Shown: positions 41,566 through 51,942, counted from the stretch's first letter. The stretch is 64,000 bases of DNA from Promethearchaeota archaeon (GCA_016840085.1 JAEOTA010000073.1:47566-111565), one strand, 5' to 3'. Made by a program: numbers and translations. The notes: generated by a model from the letters alone, not told the origin.

Positions 41566-43479
41566 ATGACAATAATAAAAAAGAATTTAAACTCTACCTT
41601 TCCAGATGCTACAATTTTAGATATCGATCTTACAAATAAACAAATATCTAAAAGAACACTTTCTGGAGAAGTTTATAGATTATATCCAGGAGGTTCTGCT
41701 TTAGGAGTATATTTAATGTTACAAGAGATGAAACCTAGAACTGATCCTTATGCTCCAGATAATTTGCTTATCTTTTCTGTATCACCTTTTACTGGTTTAC
41801 CTATTAGTGGTACAAGTCGGTTGACAATTTCAACTAAAAGTCCATTAACGGGTGGTTGTGGAGATAGTCAAGCAGGTGGAGATTTTCCTGCTTATTTAAA
41901 AGCTAATGGGTATGATGCAATAATATTTCGCGGTAAATCAGAACGACCCTCTTACGTGTATATCGATAGAGAAAAAGTTGAACTTAAGGATGGAAAGAAT
42001 ATTTGGGGAAAAATAACTGGAGAAGCTGAAGATATTATAAGAAATGAAATTGGAAATGATAAAATTGAAATAGCTCAAATAGGTCCTGCTGGTGAAAATT
42101 TAGTTAAGTATGCATGTGTTATGAATAAAAACACAAGAGCAAATGGTAGAAATGGGACTGGAGCAGTAATGGGATCTAAGAATTTGAAAGCTGTTGTAGT
42201 CCAAAGGCAAAAAACAATAAATCCATATGATAAAGAAGGATTTAGTTCACTAATTAAATCTCCTGAGATGAAAGCTAGAATAAAAGGATTTGCTGATGGT
42301 TTTGGTTTACATGGTACCGCTGCTAGTGTAGTTCCCATGAATAAAAGTGGTTTTCTTCCTACTAAAAATTATTTGGAGGGATATATGGAAGACGCAATTA
42401 AAATTGACGGGAAAACAATGAGTGAATCAAAATTCTTTAAAGGAAGAGAGACATGTTATGCGTGTTCAGTAAGGTGTAAAAGAGTTATTTATATTCCTGG
42501 AAAGGTTGATCCTAAATATGGTGGTCCTGAATATGAAACTCTTGCCACTTTTGGTTCTTATTGTGGAGTATCTGATTTAGAGACTATTTGTATCTGTAAC
42601 CAACTATGCAATATGTATGGCCTTGATACCATTTCTACAGGAGCATCTATCGCATTTGCCATGGAATGCTATGAAAAAGGGATTTTATCCAAGCACAATA
42701 CTGATGGGCTAGAATTAAATTTTGGGAATCATGATTCTCTCCCAATTCTAGTAGGAAAAATTGCTAAAAGAGAAGGAATAGGAGATCTTCTTGCAGAAGG
42801 TAGTAAAAGACTCGCAGATCATTTAGGTGGTGAAGCAAAATCTTTATTTATGGGAGTAAAGGGGCAAGAACTTCCTGCTCATATGCCCCAATTAAAACCT
42901 GGTTTGGGGATTATTTATACTGTAAACCCCTTTGGTGCTGATCATATGATAGCTGAACATGATACAATGATAGCTATTCCAGGAGAACCGTTTAAAAGAC
43001 GCACGGATATCGTTGGTGGTTATAAACATTATCAAGTTCCAACAGTTTTAGATGAAAATAAAATTCACTATATGTTTGATGGTCAGTGTTTTAATTCAAT
43101 GATTAATTCCTTAAGTCTTTGCGCATTTGTATGGGGTTTTACTTGGCAACTATATGGCCCCTCTGAAATCATAAAATTATGCAAATATGGATTAGGATGG
43201 GATACAGACATTAAAGAACTATTAGAAATTGGAGAACGTTGTTTTAATATGATGAGATATTTTAATGCAAGAGAAGGATTTACAAAAGATGACGACAAGT
43301 TGCCTGAACGTGTTTTCAATCCTGTCCCCGAAGGACCTGGAAAAGGGGTCGGTATAAATAAAGAAGATTTTTATAATGCCCAAGAAATGTATTATAAAAT
43401 GGCAGGATGGGACGAAAAAACAGGTAATCCTACTGAAGATACAATAAAAAGACTAAAATTAGATTGGTTACTTGACTAA
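41566..43479 (+). CDS. aor: tungsten-containing aldehyde:ferredoxin oxidoreductase family protein
   Basis: KSPLTG, IGPAGENLV, GRNGTGAVMGSKNLKA, CYACSVRC, GPEYET, GLDTIS, DKLPER. Confidence 0.93.
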   Translation: MTIIKKNLNSTFPDATILDIDLTNKQISKRTLSGEVYRLYPGGSALGVYLMLQEMKPRTDPYAPDNLLIFSVSPFTGLPISGTSRLTISTKSPLTGGCGDSQAGGDFPAYLKANGYDAIIFRGKSERPSYVYIDREKVELKDGKNIWGKITGEAEDIIRNEIGNDKIEIAQIGPAGENLVKYACVMNKNTRANGRNGTGAVMGSKNLKAVVVQRQKTINPYDKEGFSSLIKSPEMKARIKGFADGFGLHGTAASVVPMNKSGFLPTKNYLEGYMEDAIKIDGKTMSESKFFKGRETCYACSVRCKRVIYIPGKVDPKYGGPEYETLATFGSYCGVSDLETICICNQLCNMYGLDTISTGASIAFAMECYEKGILSKHNTDGLELNFGNHDSLPILVGKIAKREGIGDLLAEGSKRLADHLGGEAKSLFMGVKGQELPAHMPQLKPGLGIIYTVNPFGADHMIAEHDTMIAIPGEPFKRRTDIVGGYKHYQVPTVLDENKIHYMFDGQCFNSMINSLSLCAFVWGFTWQLYGPSEIIKLCKYGLGWDTDIKELLEIGERCFNMMRYFNAREGFTKDDDKLPERVFNPVPEGPGKGVGINKEDFYNAQEMYYKMAGWDEKTGNPTEDTIKRLKLDWLLD

Positions 43480-44089
43480 ATTATTAACTTTCAATTTTTT
43501 TTTCAAATTTTTTTTGCTTTAAAAGACTCCGTACTAGTTTTACATAATTAGATCTTTTTATGTATTCTTTTAAATTATCATCACAACAATTCCAACTTAT
43601 ACAATCCTCAGAACAACTCATGACTTTAATAGTTTGAATTATTTATTTTGGAAATTTACTATTATATCCTCAATTTTAATGAATAAAATAACCTATATTA
43701 AAGTAATATTTATAGAAATAGAAATTAGTATTGTAAAATAGATAAATTTTATAATTTAATAGTTATTCAAGATTATATTTCATAAGTTATTATGAAAACT
43801 TAAAAGAAATAGAGATTAATCCTTCAAATACTTTTTTAGTTTTTTATCTATAAGTTTTTTTCTTATATTTTTAATGTGTTCGTTATTTTTAATATCACGT
43901 TTTAAAGTTTTGCTATTATATGTCCAACCATTTCGTTTTCCGTTACCATTAGAACCCATAATTCAAAAGACCGATGCAATTATAGTGATCTTATTTTTTA
44001 TTAGACCGTTAATATATTTAAAAGTGCTTTAAATCGACAAAATTCTTACGGTTATCTAAAAAAATTTAATTTTTAATAAAGTATTAATA

Positions 44090-46264
44090 TTAAAAAATCT
44101 TTAATTTGAGATGAATTTCTAATTTTTTTTCAAGTTTAAAAAGAGGAGTGATGTTTATTCCTTGGTATATCTTTTTATATCCCTCTTCTGTATAGGCATA
44201 GGCGATTATTGGAAATTTAATAATTTTACTGGAGTTTAAGTCCCCCGAAATTGACAATTCAAGGTTTAAATCATAAGTTTCATCATATGCTTTAAAATGA
44301 TCACCATCATATTGAAAGGGTTCTAATATATCTTCTTCGATCTCATCTTTAAATGTAACTTGTTTGCTCTCCCATTGGAATTTATTTGTGTCCCCATTGA
44401 AGAAAAATGGAATGTCGACTGCAATTTTCAAATTTTTGATTATATGTTTTAACATATCTTCCTTTCCGGAAATTTCCTCAAAAATCAATCTTATAACAAC
44501 CTCAATCTCGTTGTCTTCTACATATATATCTTTAGTTATACGTGCTGGATTTTTTTCATCGGATTCTGTATCTTTTATATTTCCAATACGTTCCATTTCT
44601 ATTATGGCCATCTCTCCTTCTTTTTCACTGCTAGTAATCCGAAAATCTTTATCTACGAAATCTCCAAATTCATAGTAATCATCTGTTTGAAGTTGCTCTA
44701 AAGTTACATCATCATGTAAAAATCTCAAACGTAACATGTTCCTTTTGAATCTATCAACCAACACATCTTTTGTTTCAAGCTTTTTACTTTCATGATAAGC
44801 TTCAGGCCATCTTGTTAATGTATTAAGTAAATTATACGATTTAGGTTTATAATCAAATTCAAAAACCGTTCCACCATCACTAGGATTGATATAAAGATTA
44901 AGTAAATTTGATTCAATTATAAATTCTGTTTTGCTATCCTTATTGAAATCAAGTGGAGTTATATAGACATAAGATTTTAAATCTGGATTAATTAGAGAAT
45001 TGATATCATCTATAATTTTTTCAGCATTTATCAGATGGGTATAAACAGAAAACCGTAAAAATTGTAAATAAACCCCTCCAAATAAACCATGCCAATAACA
45101 ATCATTACATTGAGCTTTGTATATTTCATCCCATGCTTCGTTAATTTTTTCTAAAATTTTAGAAATAAGATTTTCATCCTCAATTTTTAATAGACTTTCT
45201 TCTGTAGAAATTAGTGCATTTCTAACGTGAAGCATTTTTTTATGCATATTATTAGACTCAGGATATTTTACAAGAAAATATCTCCAAAATCCTCCCTTTA
45301 AGAATTGATATGTTTCTTTCTTTTCTTCATCATCTTTGAGAGATTTCCTTATTCTTTTAAAATTTTTGCGAATTTGAGTAGGTAAGACCCATTCTTCCAT
45401 CTTATCATAGCTAGCAGTAGGGAGATATATTAAATCTTTTGCTGGAAATTTTTCCATGTATTCTGTAAGGGTTATAGATTTTATCCATCTATTCTTTCTG
45501 ATTTGTTCAAAAAAAGCAGGGATAAATGGCTTTCCTTCGTCTCCATCTTCATGACCATAACCATCAATATAACAAATTTGATGCGTTGTGCCCCATACGC
45601 CCATCTTTTCGGCGTCAGATATTAAAAGAGCAATTCTATCTCCTTCCATATCAGCTAGTTTCTCTAAATAGTCGATGGAGTAATATGTGGGTTTCCAAGG
45701 CGTCAGATATCTCAAATCTTCATTAATGGAAAATATTCGTAATGTTTTTCCCTCGTCCTCAGTAGTATAGGAATAAAGTGTATCATCTTCCGTTATTCCC
45801 GTCGATCTAAAGTGATTATCATCAACAATAACATATTTTAACCCCGCATCATTTAGAAATGAAGGATAATCTGGTTCCCATACCCGTTCCGATAACCAAG
45901 CTCCTTTTACATCTAAATCGAATTCTTTTTTAATAAAATCAGATAATTTTTTTATTTGTGCAATTTTATCTCTATAGGGAATGATAGCAAAGATTGGCTC
46001 ATAATACCCTCCACTGATTATTTCTATTTGTCCCCTTTTTGCTATAGTTTTTAATTTTTCTATAAATTCAGGCTTATTATTTAAAAACCATTCTAATAAA
46101 TTCCCTGAAAAGTGTAAGGTGAACTTGATATCAGAAAACTTGTATATATTATCAATTAAAGGTTCATATGACTTTTTGTATACGTCTTCTATGACGTGAT
46201 GAAAATTATCTACTGGTTGATGAAAGTGAAAGATAATAGGCAAATGAATACTTTTTTCACTCAT
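44090..46264 (-). CDS. GH57 alpha-amylase / 4-alpha-glucanotransferase
   Basis: HFHQP, GGYYEPI, WLSERVW (nucleophile E), SDAEKMG (acid/base D), AQCNDCYWHGLFGG. Confidence 0.92.
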   Translation of the reverse strand: MSEKSIHLPIIFHFHQPVDNFHHVIEDVYKKSYEPLIDNIYKFSDIKFTLHFSGNLLEWFLNNKPEFIEKLKTIAKRGQIEIISGGYYEPIFAIIPYRDKIAQIKKLSDFIKKEFDLDVKGAWLSERVWEPDYPSFLNDAGLKYVIVDDNHFRSTGITEDDTLYSYTTEDEGKTLRIFSINEDLRYLTPWKPTYYSIDYLEKLADMEGDRIALLISDAEKMGVWGTTHQICYIDGYGHEDGDEGKPFIPAFFEQIRKNRWIKSITLTEYMEKFPAKDLIYLPTASYDKMEEWVLPTQIRKNFKRIRKSLKDDEEKKETYQFLKGGFWRYFLVKYPESNNMHKKMLHVRNALISTEESLLKIEDENLISKILEKINEAWDEIYKAQCNDCYWHGLFGGVYLQFLRFSVYTHLINAEKIIDDINSLINPDLKSYVYITPLDFNKDSKTEFIIESNLLNLYINPSDGGTVFEFDYKPKSYNLLNTLTRWPEAYHESKKLETKDVLVDRFKRNMLRLRFLHDDVTLEQLQTDDYYEFGDFVDKDFRITSSEKEGEMAIIEMERIGNIKDTESDEKNPARITKDIYVEDNEIEVVIRLIFEEISGKEDMLKHIIKNLKIAVDIPFFFNGDTNKFQWESKQVTFKDEIEEDILEPFQYDGDHFKAYDETYDLNLELSISGDLNSSKIIKFPIIAYAYTEEGYKKIYQGINITPLFKLEKKLEIHLKLKIF

Positions 46265-46304
46265 ATTAATGATTCCACTTTTTTGCTCATTGGTTAAATA
46301 TTAG

Positions 46305-46331
46305 TAATAATAATAATAATAATAATAATAA
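46305..46331. repeat. (TAA)9 microsatellite in the divergent GH57/maltokinase intergenic region
   Basis: Nine consecutive TAA units read directly. Confidence 0.85.
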
Positions 46332-46359
46332 AATATAATTTCTACTTTATAGATTTTGA

Positions 46360-48087
46360 ATGGTTTTTATGAGTAATTATTTTGATAAAAATTTGATTCA
46401 AGGAATTTATAATTCGAATGAGTTTAAAGGGTGGCTTCTCTCAAGAAGATGGTCGGGGCTAAGTTTGGTATCAAACTTAGAATTTAATATATCTATTGAT
46501 TATTATAAAATCATTGCCAACAGGATATTTCTAACTATTATTAAGATTGAGGGTCATGAATTTTCTAAAACTTATTTTCTCCCTCTAATATATTACGAAA
46601 AAATTGAGAATATTCTAGAACCCACTGAAAAAACAAGAGAAAATATTATAAAACTAACAGAAAATACCTTCAGCAAAAAAATGGCTATTACTATTGAAAA
46701 TGAACAAAAGGTAATAACACTTAATTTATTGGAAGCAGAATTTTGTCTTTACTTTTGGAAGCATATGTTATTCGATAGTAATATTTCTGAAAAGTTTCCA
46801 TCTATGAACTTAGAGTTAACACTCTATACAAAACAATTCGAAGATGAAATCAACATGAAAAAGGTCCAAAATTTAATAGAAGCAGGGTTATACACTGATA
46901 GATATGAATTTTCAATTCAGCAATTAGGAAAAGGAAACACAACTAACATACTATTTTTACTAAGTATTTCCAATAGGAGAAACCCTAATCAAAAACCAAT
47001 TTCATATGTCTTGAAATCTTATAAAGATTACTCTGTAAGCTTAGAACCGTCTACCTTATTTGTACTCGTCAAAAATAAATTTCCTAATGCACCAAAGATA
47101 TATGGTACAATAAAAGTGCAAGAAAAAGAAACTATTGGAATTATCGAAAATGTACCAAATATTGGAAATTTAGGTGATATATATTGGAGTGAAATAAATA
47201 CCATGATCAATAATGTGTTTAAAAATGTCAATGACAATTATTCCCTATATAGTGATAAAGCAAACATTTCGAAATTAATAAAAGAGAATTGCACAGAAAC
47301 GTTAAAAGTATCAACTGAAATTGGGGATTATATTAAAAATTTACATGCATTTTTAATTATACCAGAACAAGCAGAATATAATTCAGAATCCGTGGAAAGT
47401 TCTGTTTATCTTAAAGATTATACAGAAAAACTCAACGCTATTATCTCAGAATTGTTAAATTACATGACTCAACAGCCAGAAAGCGCATTTTTTAATTTAC
47501 CAAAAATTAGTTCCATCTTAATTGATATTAAAGATATTATTGAAAGATTTCGTGCTGAGTTTGAAAAATCAAAAATCACAATCCAACCAGTTCATCAAGA
47601 TTTACATATGGAACAAATTCTTTATAATAAAATTGATAATCAATATAATTTCTACTTTATAGATTTTGAAGGAGATCCACAACTTTCTTTAGAAGAAAAA
47701 AAGGGAAAATTCCCTGTTGAAAAAGATTTAGCTTCTTTTCTAAGAGCATTAAGCTATATAAAATTTAATACTTTGCTTAAATTTATCGAGAATAAAATTA
47801 TTCGAAAAGGTAGATATGAAGTGCCTGAAGAGATTCTTTATAATCTATACTTCAGAAGAGCTGCGAGACCTTTAAATAAAGTTCTAGATATAGTTCTGGA
47901 TGTTTTAAACACGTGGGAGATCAAATTAATGGGTAAAATCTTGAAAAATCTAAATCTAAGTTATATCTTAATCACATATTTCTATATTGAAAGAGCATTA
48001 CACGAATTAAATTATGAAATCCTCTTTCGACCTCATAAAATAATTGTTCCTGTATTAGGGTTAAAAGAAATTGTGGATAAAAGCTAA
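46360..48087 (+). CDS. maltokinase (Mak/Pep2)-like aminoglycoside-phosphotransferase-fold kinase
   Basis: WL..RRW near the N-terminus, VLK, HQDLHMEQIL, IDFEGDP, DLASFLRALSY, ELNYE..RP. Confidence 0.85.
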   Translation: MVFMSNYFDKNLIQGIYNSNEFKGWLLSRRWSGLSLVSNLEFNISIDYYKIIANRIFLTIIKIEGHEFSKTYFLPLIYYEKIENILEPTEKTRENIIKLTENTFSKKMAITIENEQKVITLNLLEAEFCLYFWKHMLFDSNISEKFPSMNLELTLYTKQFEDEINMKKVQNLIEAGLYTDRYEFSIQQLGKGNTTNILFLLSISNRRNPNQKPISYVLKSYKDYSVSLEPSTLFVLVKNKFPNAPKIYGTIKVQEKETIGIIENVPNIGNLGDIYWSEINTMINNVFKNVNDNYSLYSDKANISKLIKENCTETLKVSTEIGDYIKNLHAFLIIPEQAEYNSESVESSVYLKDYTEKLNAIISELLNYMTQQPESAFFNLPKISSILIDIKDIIERFRAEFEKSKITIQPVHQDLHMEQILYNKIDNQYNFYFIDFEGDPQLSLEEKKGKFPVEKDLASFLRALSYIKFNTLLKFIENKIIRKGRYEVPEEILYNLYFRRAARPLNKVLDIVLDVLNTWEIKLMGKILKNLNLSYILITYFYIERALHELNYEILFRPHKIIVPVLGLKEIVDKS

Positions 48088-48106
48088 ATTTTTTTCTTTA
48101 CTTTAC

Positions 48107-48769
48107 TTAATCAACTTCTTCTTCAGGTATTTTGGCAAATTCAAAGGAAAAATGTGAAGATGATATTTCTACGGGCTGAACCTCTTTCAGATAGGCACTC
48201 TTAATTTTACTTTGATCATCGATTTTAGATGTGGTCCAATTTGCGTTAAATTCGCCTTTGTTAAATAATCTCCAGATGAAACCTTCAACAAATTTTTGAG
48301 GACCAAATTTATTATCTATTAATATATGATTATTTTCACCAATAAATTTACGAAAAAATCCAAGATTATCACATAAATCTAATTTATAATCAATATCATC
48401 CAATTTGCCATAGATTCTTGCGCAATCATTTATTAAGCGAGCTAAATTTTCACCTAACTTTATTTGATCATCCTCATTTTCTTTTTCAATCAATTTTCTT
48501 AAATAACTTCTTTTAACTATAATAAGATCTCTATCATTTAAACATTGAATTGATCCTTTTCGTTTAATGAAATATTTCGATAATTCCAAGTAATTTCTTA
48601 TTAGATCTGCTTTAGAAATTCCTAATTTTGTACGAATTTTATCAAGATTATTATTTAATTCTTCATCGATTCTAACAGTTATAACGCTTGTTGAATCTGT
48701 TAACTTATTCTGCCTATCTAAAGCAATTTTCCTTTTAGTTGATAATTTTTGAGCAGGATTTCGACTCAA
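48107..48769 (-). CDS. ribbon-helix-helix (CopG-like) transcription factor with C-terminal alpha/beta domain
   Basis: SVITVRIDEELNNNLDKIRTKLGISKADLIRNYL; GTGA SD with TTG start. Confidence 0.8.
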   Translation of the reverse strand: MSRNPAQKLSTKRKIALDRQNKLTDSTSVITVRIDEELNNNLDKIRTKLGISKADLIRNYLELSKYFIKRKGSIQCLNDRDLIIVKRSYLRKLIEKENEDDQIKLGENLARLINDCARIYGKLDDIDYKLDLCDNLGFFRKFIGENNHILIDNKFGPQKFVEGFIWRLFNKGEFNANWTTSKIDDQSKIKSAYLKEVQPVEISSSHFSFEFAKIPEEEVD

Positions 48770-48794
48770 TTATAATCACTTCCTACATTTTTAC

Positions 48795-48812
48795 TTGTAA
48801 TATTTGTAATAA
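48795..48812. promoter_or_regulatory. candidate operator TTGTAAT-N2-TTGTAAT (site 1, upstream of RHH gene)
   Basis: TTGTAATATTTGTAATAA about 25 bp upstream of the RHH start; the same pattern occurs at 49442. Confidence 0.5.
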
Positions 48813-49441
48813 TTAATAGTATATGTAATATAAGTAACTTATGTATAATAATGATTGTGTTTTACTATTTTTGTCAAAAATCACATAATATTTAATGGGC
48901 AAATAGAATATATCTTATTATAATTTTACTCAAATATTATTAAACATATTTAGATTTAACTCTAAACGATCTATATTTAATATATTTTCCTTTAATTTAG
49001 TTTTAATTGAAAAATTTATTTTTTATTTTATTTACCTTAAATATATAACTTCTTTATAAGGATTTAAGATATATGTTTTATTGATAAACCTTTTACATAT
49101 TAATTAAAATATTATTTGTATTAAATAATTTTAAAAAAACTAATGAAAAACAATATCTAATCATAAAAATAGTTGAAATTTCATCTTAGTGGAATTCCTA
49201 TGGTATCTTTAATAATTTTTGTGAATATTTTTATTATAATCAAAATTTGTACTTTAAAAGTTTTTTGATTATAAAATAAATTCAATTTTTATAACAGAAG
49301 CATTAATTATCCCTTAATCATAGATCAGTTTATATTTCCCGAATTTAGGCACTTTTGAAAAACTTTATTTTGTTAAACGAACACTTTATTAAATAAATAA
49401 TCCCTAATATAAAAACAATTATTGCATAATTTTAATATCAA

Positions 49442-49459
49442 TTGTAATCATTGTAATAA
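49442..49459. promoter_or_regulatory. candidate operator TTGTAAT-N2-TTGTAAT (site 2, upstream of ArsR-like gene)
   Basis: TTGTAATCATTGTAATAA followed by ATAGTAT, as in site 1. Confidence 0.5.
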
Positions 49460-49569
49460 ATAGTATTTATTGTATACAAATGAGACACAAGGTAAATATA
49501 AATACCGTCAAAAATATTGGTTTAATGTAGACAAACTTAAGAAACTTATTAAGGGTTGGATAAGTAGTT

Positions 49570-49893
49570 ATGGAGATCATACAAACTGGTATTTTAGAGG
49601 TTAATTTAAAAAATCAATCTGAATCTATAATAGTAGACTCAGATGACCAAATTGAAAAGATTGTTAAAGCCTTATCTTCACGAACAAGGCGTCAAATCCT
49701 CCATTACATCCAATATGCCCCTATGGATGTTTCAAATATCGCTTCTAGACTAAATATGACAGAAGCTAACATTTCTGCTCAAATTAAAAAACTTGAAGAG
49801 GCAGGTCTAATAATTTGTTCCTACTCATCGGGAGACCATGGCGTGAGAAAATTGAGCTCACTCAAATATAATAAACTTATTATTAGTTTCTGA
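49570..49893 (+). CDS. ArsR-family winged HTH transcription regulator
   Basis: KALSSRTRRQILHYI..PMDVSNIASRLNMTEANISAQIKKLEEAGLI. Confidence 0.9.
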   Translation: MEIIQTGILEVNLKNQSESIIVDSDDQIEKIVKALSSRTRRQILHYIQYAPMDVSNIASRLNMTEANISAQIKKLEEAGLIICSYSSGDHGVRKLSSLKYNKLIISF

Positions 49894-49974
49894 TTGTCTA
49901 TTTAGTTACTTTCAGAAAATCTTTGATCTCTAATCATTTTTCAATATCATCACAGAGGAAATTATATTAAAAAA

Positions 49975-50122
49975 TATAGATATAACAGAATTCTAGAATT
50001 TAAAAAAACTAATAAAAGGGGATAATTACGATGTCTCGGGATTTCTTGAAGTCTTGTACGAGCTTACGTGGGACTGTAAGATAAGCCGTTTAAAATTCAA
50101 TGAATTAATCATCAAGTTTTGA
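49975..50122 (+). pseudogene. degraded paralog of the upstream ArsR-like gene
   Basis: Frame 49997..50122 reads NLKKLIKGDNYDVSGFLEVLYELTWDCKISRLKFNELIIKF*. This matches ...YIQYAPMDVS and AGLIICSY...RKLSSLKYNKLIISF* of 49570..49893, with the HTH deleted. Confidence 0.5.
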
Positions 50123-50314
50123 TCATCCTAATTTTTTAAGATCAGATATCTATTGAGATTTTAGCATGTAAGTTTTCTAACTTTATGTCTGTTTTTGATC
50201 GCGTTTTTTGACTTTTTTGTGGATTTTTAATCACAAACATTAAATATATTTTTGGTAATTCGTTAGATAATCCAAATTTTTTCAAAAATAGAAAAAATCG
50301 AGGTTAGATATGTA

Positions 50315-51214
50315 ATGAAAAATTTTAAAGATAAAGTAGCAGTCATCACTGGCGCTGCTAGTGGTATTGGTCTTGGAATTGCCAAGAGGGCTGTAAAAGA
50401 AGGCATGAAGGTTGTTATAGCCGATATAGATGAAGAAGCACTATTTTCAGCTGAAAAAGAATTAAAGGAATTAGGAGGCCGTGTAGTAGCAGTGCTTACT
50501 GATGTTTCTAAAGCAGAAGATATTGAAAATCTAGCAAAAAGAACTATTGATGCTTACGGAGAAGTGCATCTGTTATGCAATAATGCAGGAGTAGTAAGAG
50601 CAAGGCTTATTTGGGAATATTCGTTATCTGATTGGAAATGGATAATAGGAGTTAACTAATGGGGAGTTATTCATGGGATTAAAACTTTTATACCAATTAT
50701 GCTAAAGCAGGATAACGAGTGTCATATAGTCAATACAGCCTCTCTTGCAGGTTTAATAACTGCACCTTTAGAAGGAGCTTATAATGTCACGAAACATGGT
50801 GTAGTATCTCTTTCTGAGACGTTATCTACTGAATTGAAGGAAGTAAATTCAAAAATTAAAGTATCTGTGCTCTGTCCTGGATTTGTAAAAACAAATATTT
50901 TAGAGTGTGAAAAACATCGACCGGCAGAATTAAGTGAAGGTGAAATTGACTTTGAAAAGGCTACAGAGGAGTTCATAAAAGAACATCCTGAATATGAAGC
51001 ACATATTAATATGACTATGCAAATGTGGGAGGCGGGTCTTTCACCTGATAAAGCGGGTGATATTGTATTTGAAGCAATAAAGGATGAGGCACTTTATATT
51101 TTAACTGATACAGGTCTTTTTTTCAAGATTATGGCAAAGGATCGAATGAATGATATAATTGAGGCATTCAAGCAAAACAAACAGTATGCAAGAAAAACTC
51201 TAGAGGTTTATTAG
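50315..51214 (+). pseudogene. SDR oxidoreductase interrupted by a single in-frame TAA (or sequencing error)
   Basis: TGAASGIG and NNAG in the first ORF; NTAS and YNVTK in the second, same frame. The junction reads GVN*WGVIHG, where the family usually has GVNLWGVIHG (TTA>TAA at 50657-50659). Confidence 0.85.
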
Positions 51215-51405
51215 AAGATTTAAGATTTTTTACTTTCGTAATTCTTTTCTTTTTTTTTATATACTGTAAAATTTTAAATTTCTTGAACCTATAAAATATT
51301 TATTTTATACTATGTAGAGTCAACAATATATTTAAATAAGTATAACTTTAATAGAATCATACTAAAATCATCTTTCCAAAAATTTTTAAAAATTGTGAGA
51401 AAATA

Positions 51406-51942
51406 ATGAGTATCAATTCAGGATTTTCAGAAGAAAGTTTAAGAAAAATAGCAGCGCAAAAAATTAGTTTTAGAATTTCTGTGAAGATCCATTTAACTAT
51501 TTTCATTGTTGTTAATTTATTGCTTTTGATAGTAAATGTTTTTTTTACACCGGATTTTTATTGGATTATCTTCCCCTTTTTTTCATGGTTAATAGGAATT
51601 AATATGCACGCTTTAGCATATATTTTATATGCTAGAGGGGTTTATCCAATGGGTAAACGAGGAGTAATTTATCATTTAACCTCTTATATTTTTGTTATGA
51701 TTTTTCTATTTGTAGTTAACTTAACAACATTTCCTGAGTTTTATTGGGTAATTTTTCCTTCAATTTTCTGGGGTGCTGCTGTGATTATACATATATTAGT
51801 CTACATCCAATATTATAGTAGAAAAGCTGAACCAACAGGGAAATGGAAATCGAGAAAAGAGAAAGCAATTGAAAAAGAATTAGAAAAAATGAGGAAAAAG
51901 CAAGAAAAAAAGCAAGAAAAAAAGCAAAATGTGGTTAAGTAA
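51406..51942 (+). CDS. duplicated 2TM-domain membrane protein
   Basis: Two H(L)..(F/Y)..V...L..VN....P.FYW.IFP...W repeats and a basic C-terminal tail containing a 12-bp tandem repeat (KKQE). Confidence 0.82.
   Translation: MSINSGFSEESLRKIAAQKISFRISVKIHLTIFIVVNLLLLIVNVFFTPDFYWIIFPFFSWLIGINMHALAYILYARGVYPMGKRGVIYHLTSYIFVMIFLFVVNLTTFPEFYWVIFPSIFWGAAVIIHILVYIQYYSRKAEPTGKWKSRKEKAIEKELEKMRKKQEKKQEKKQNVVK

Noticed and set aside
46336-46354. TAATTTCTACTTTATAGAT resembles the Cas12a repeat handle (AATTTCTACT...GTAGAT)
   Set aside because: Only two copies 1.3 kb apart, one inside a conserved kinase motif; the stem has a mismatch; no spacers or cas genes.
48770-49569. Replication origin in the long AT-rich spacer
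   Set aside because: No ORB-like G-string repeats seen and no cdc6/orc1 gene nearby.
50657-50659. Selenocysteine/pyrrolysine recoding of the SDR internal stop
   Set aside because: The codon is TAA, not TGA or TAG, and the position is normally Leu.
51895-51927. 12-bp tandem repeat AAAAAGCAAGAA
   Set aside because: Simple in-frame low-complexity KKQE expansion in a charged tail.
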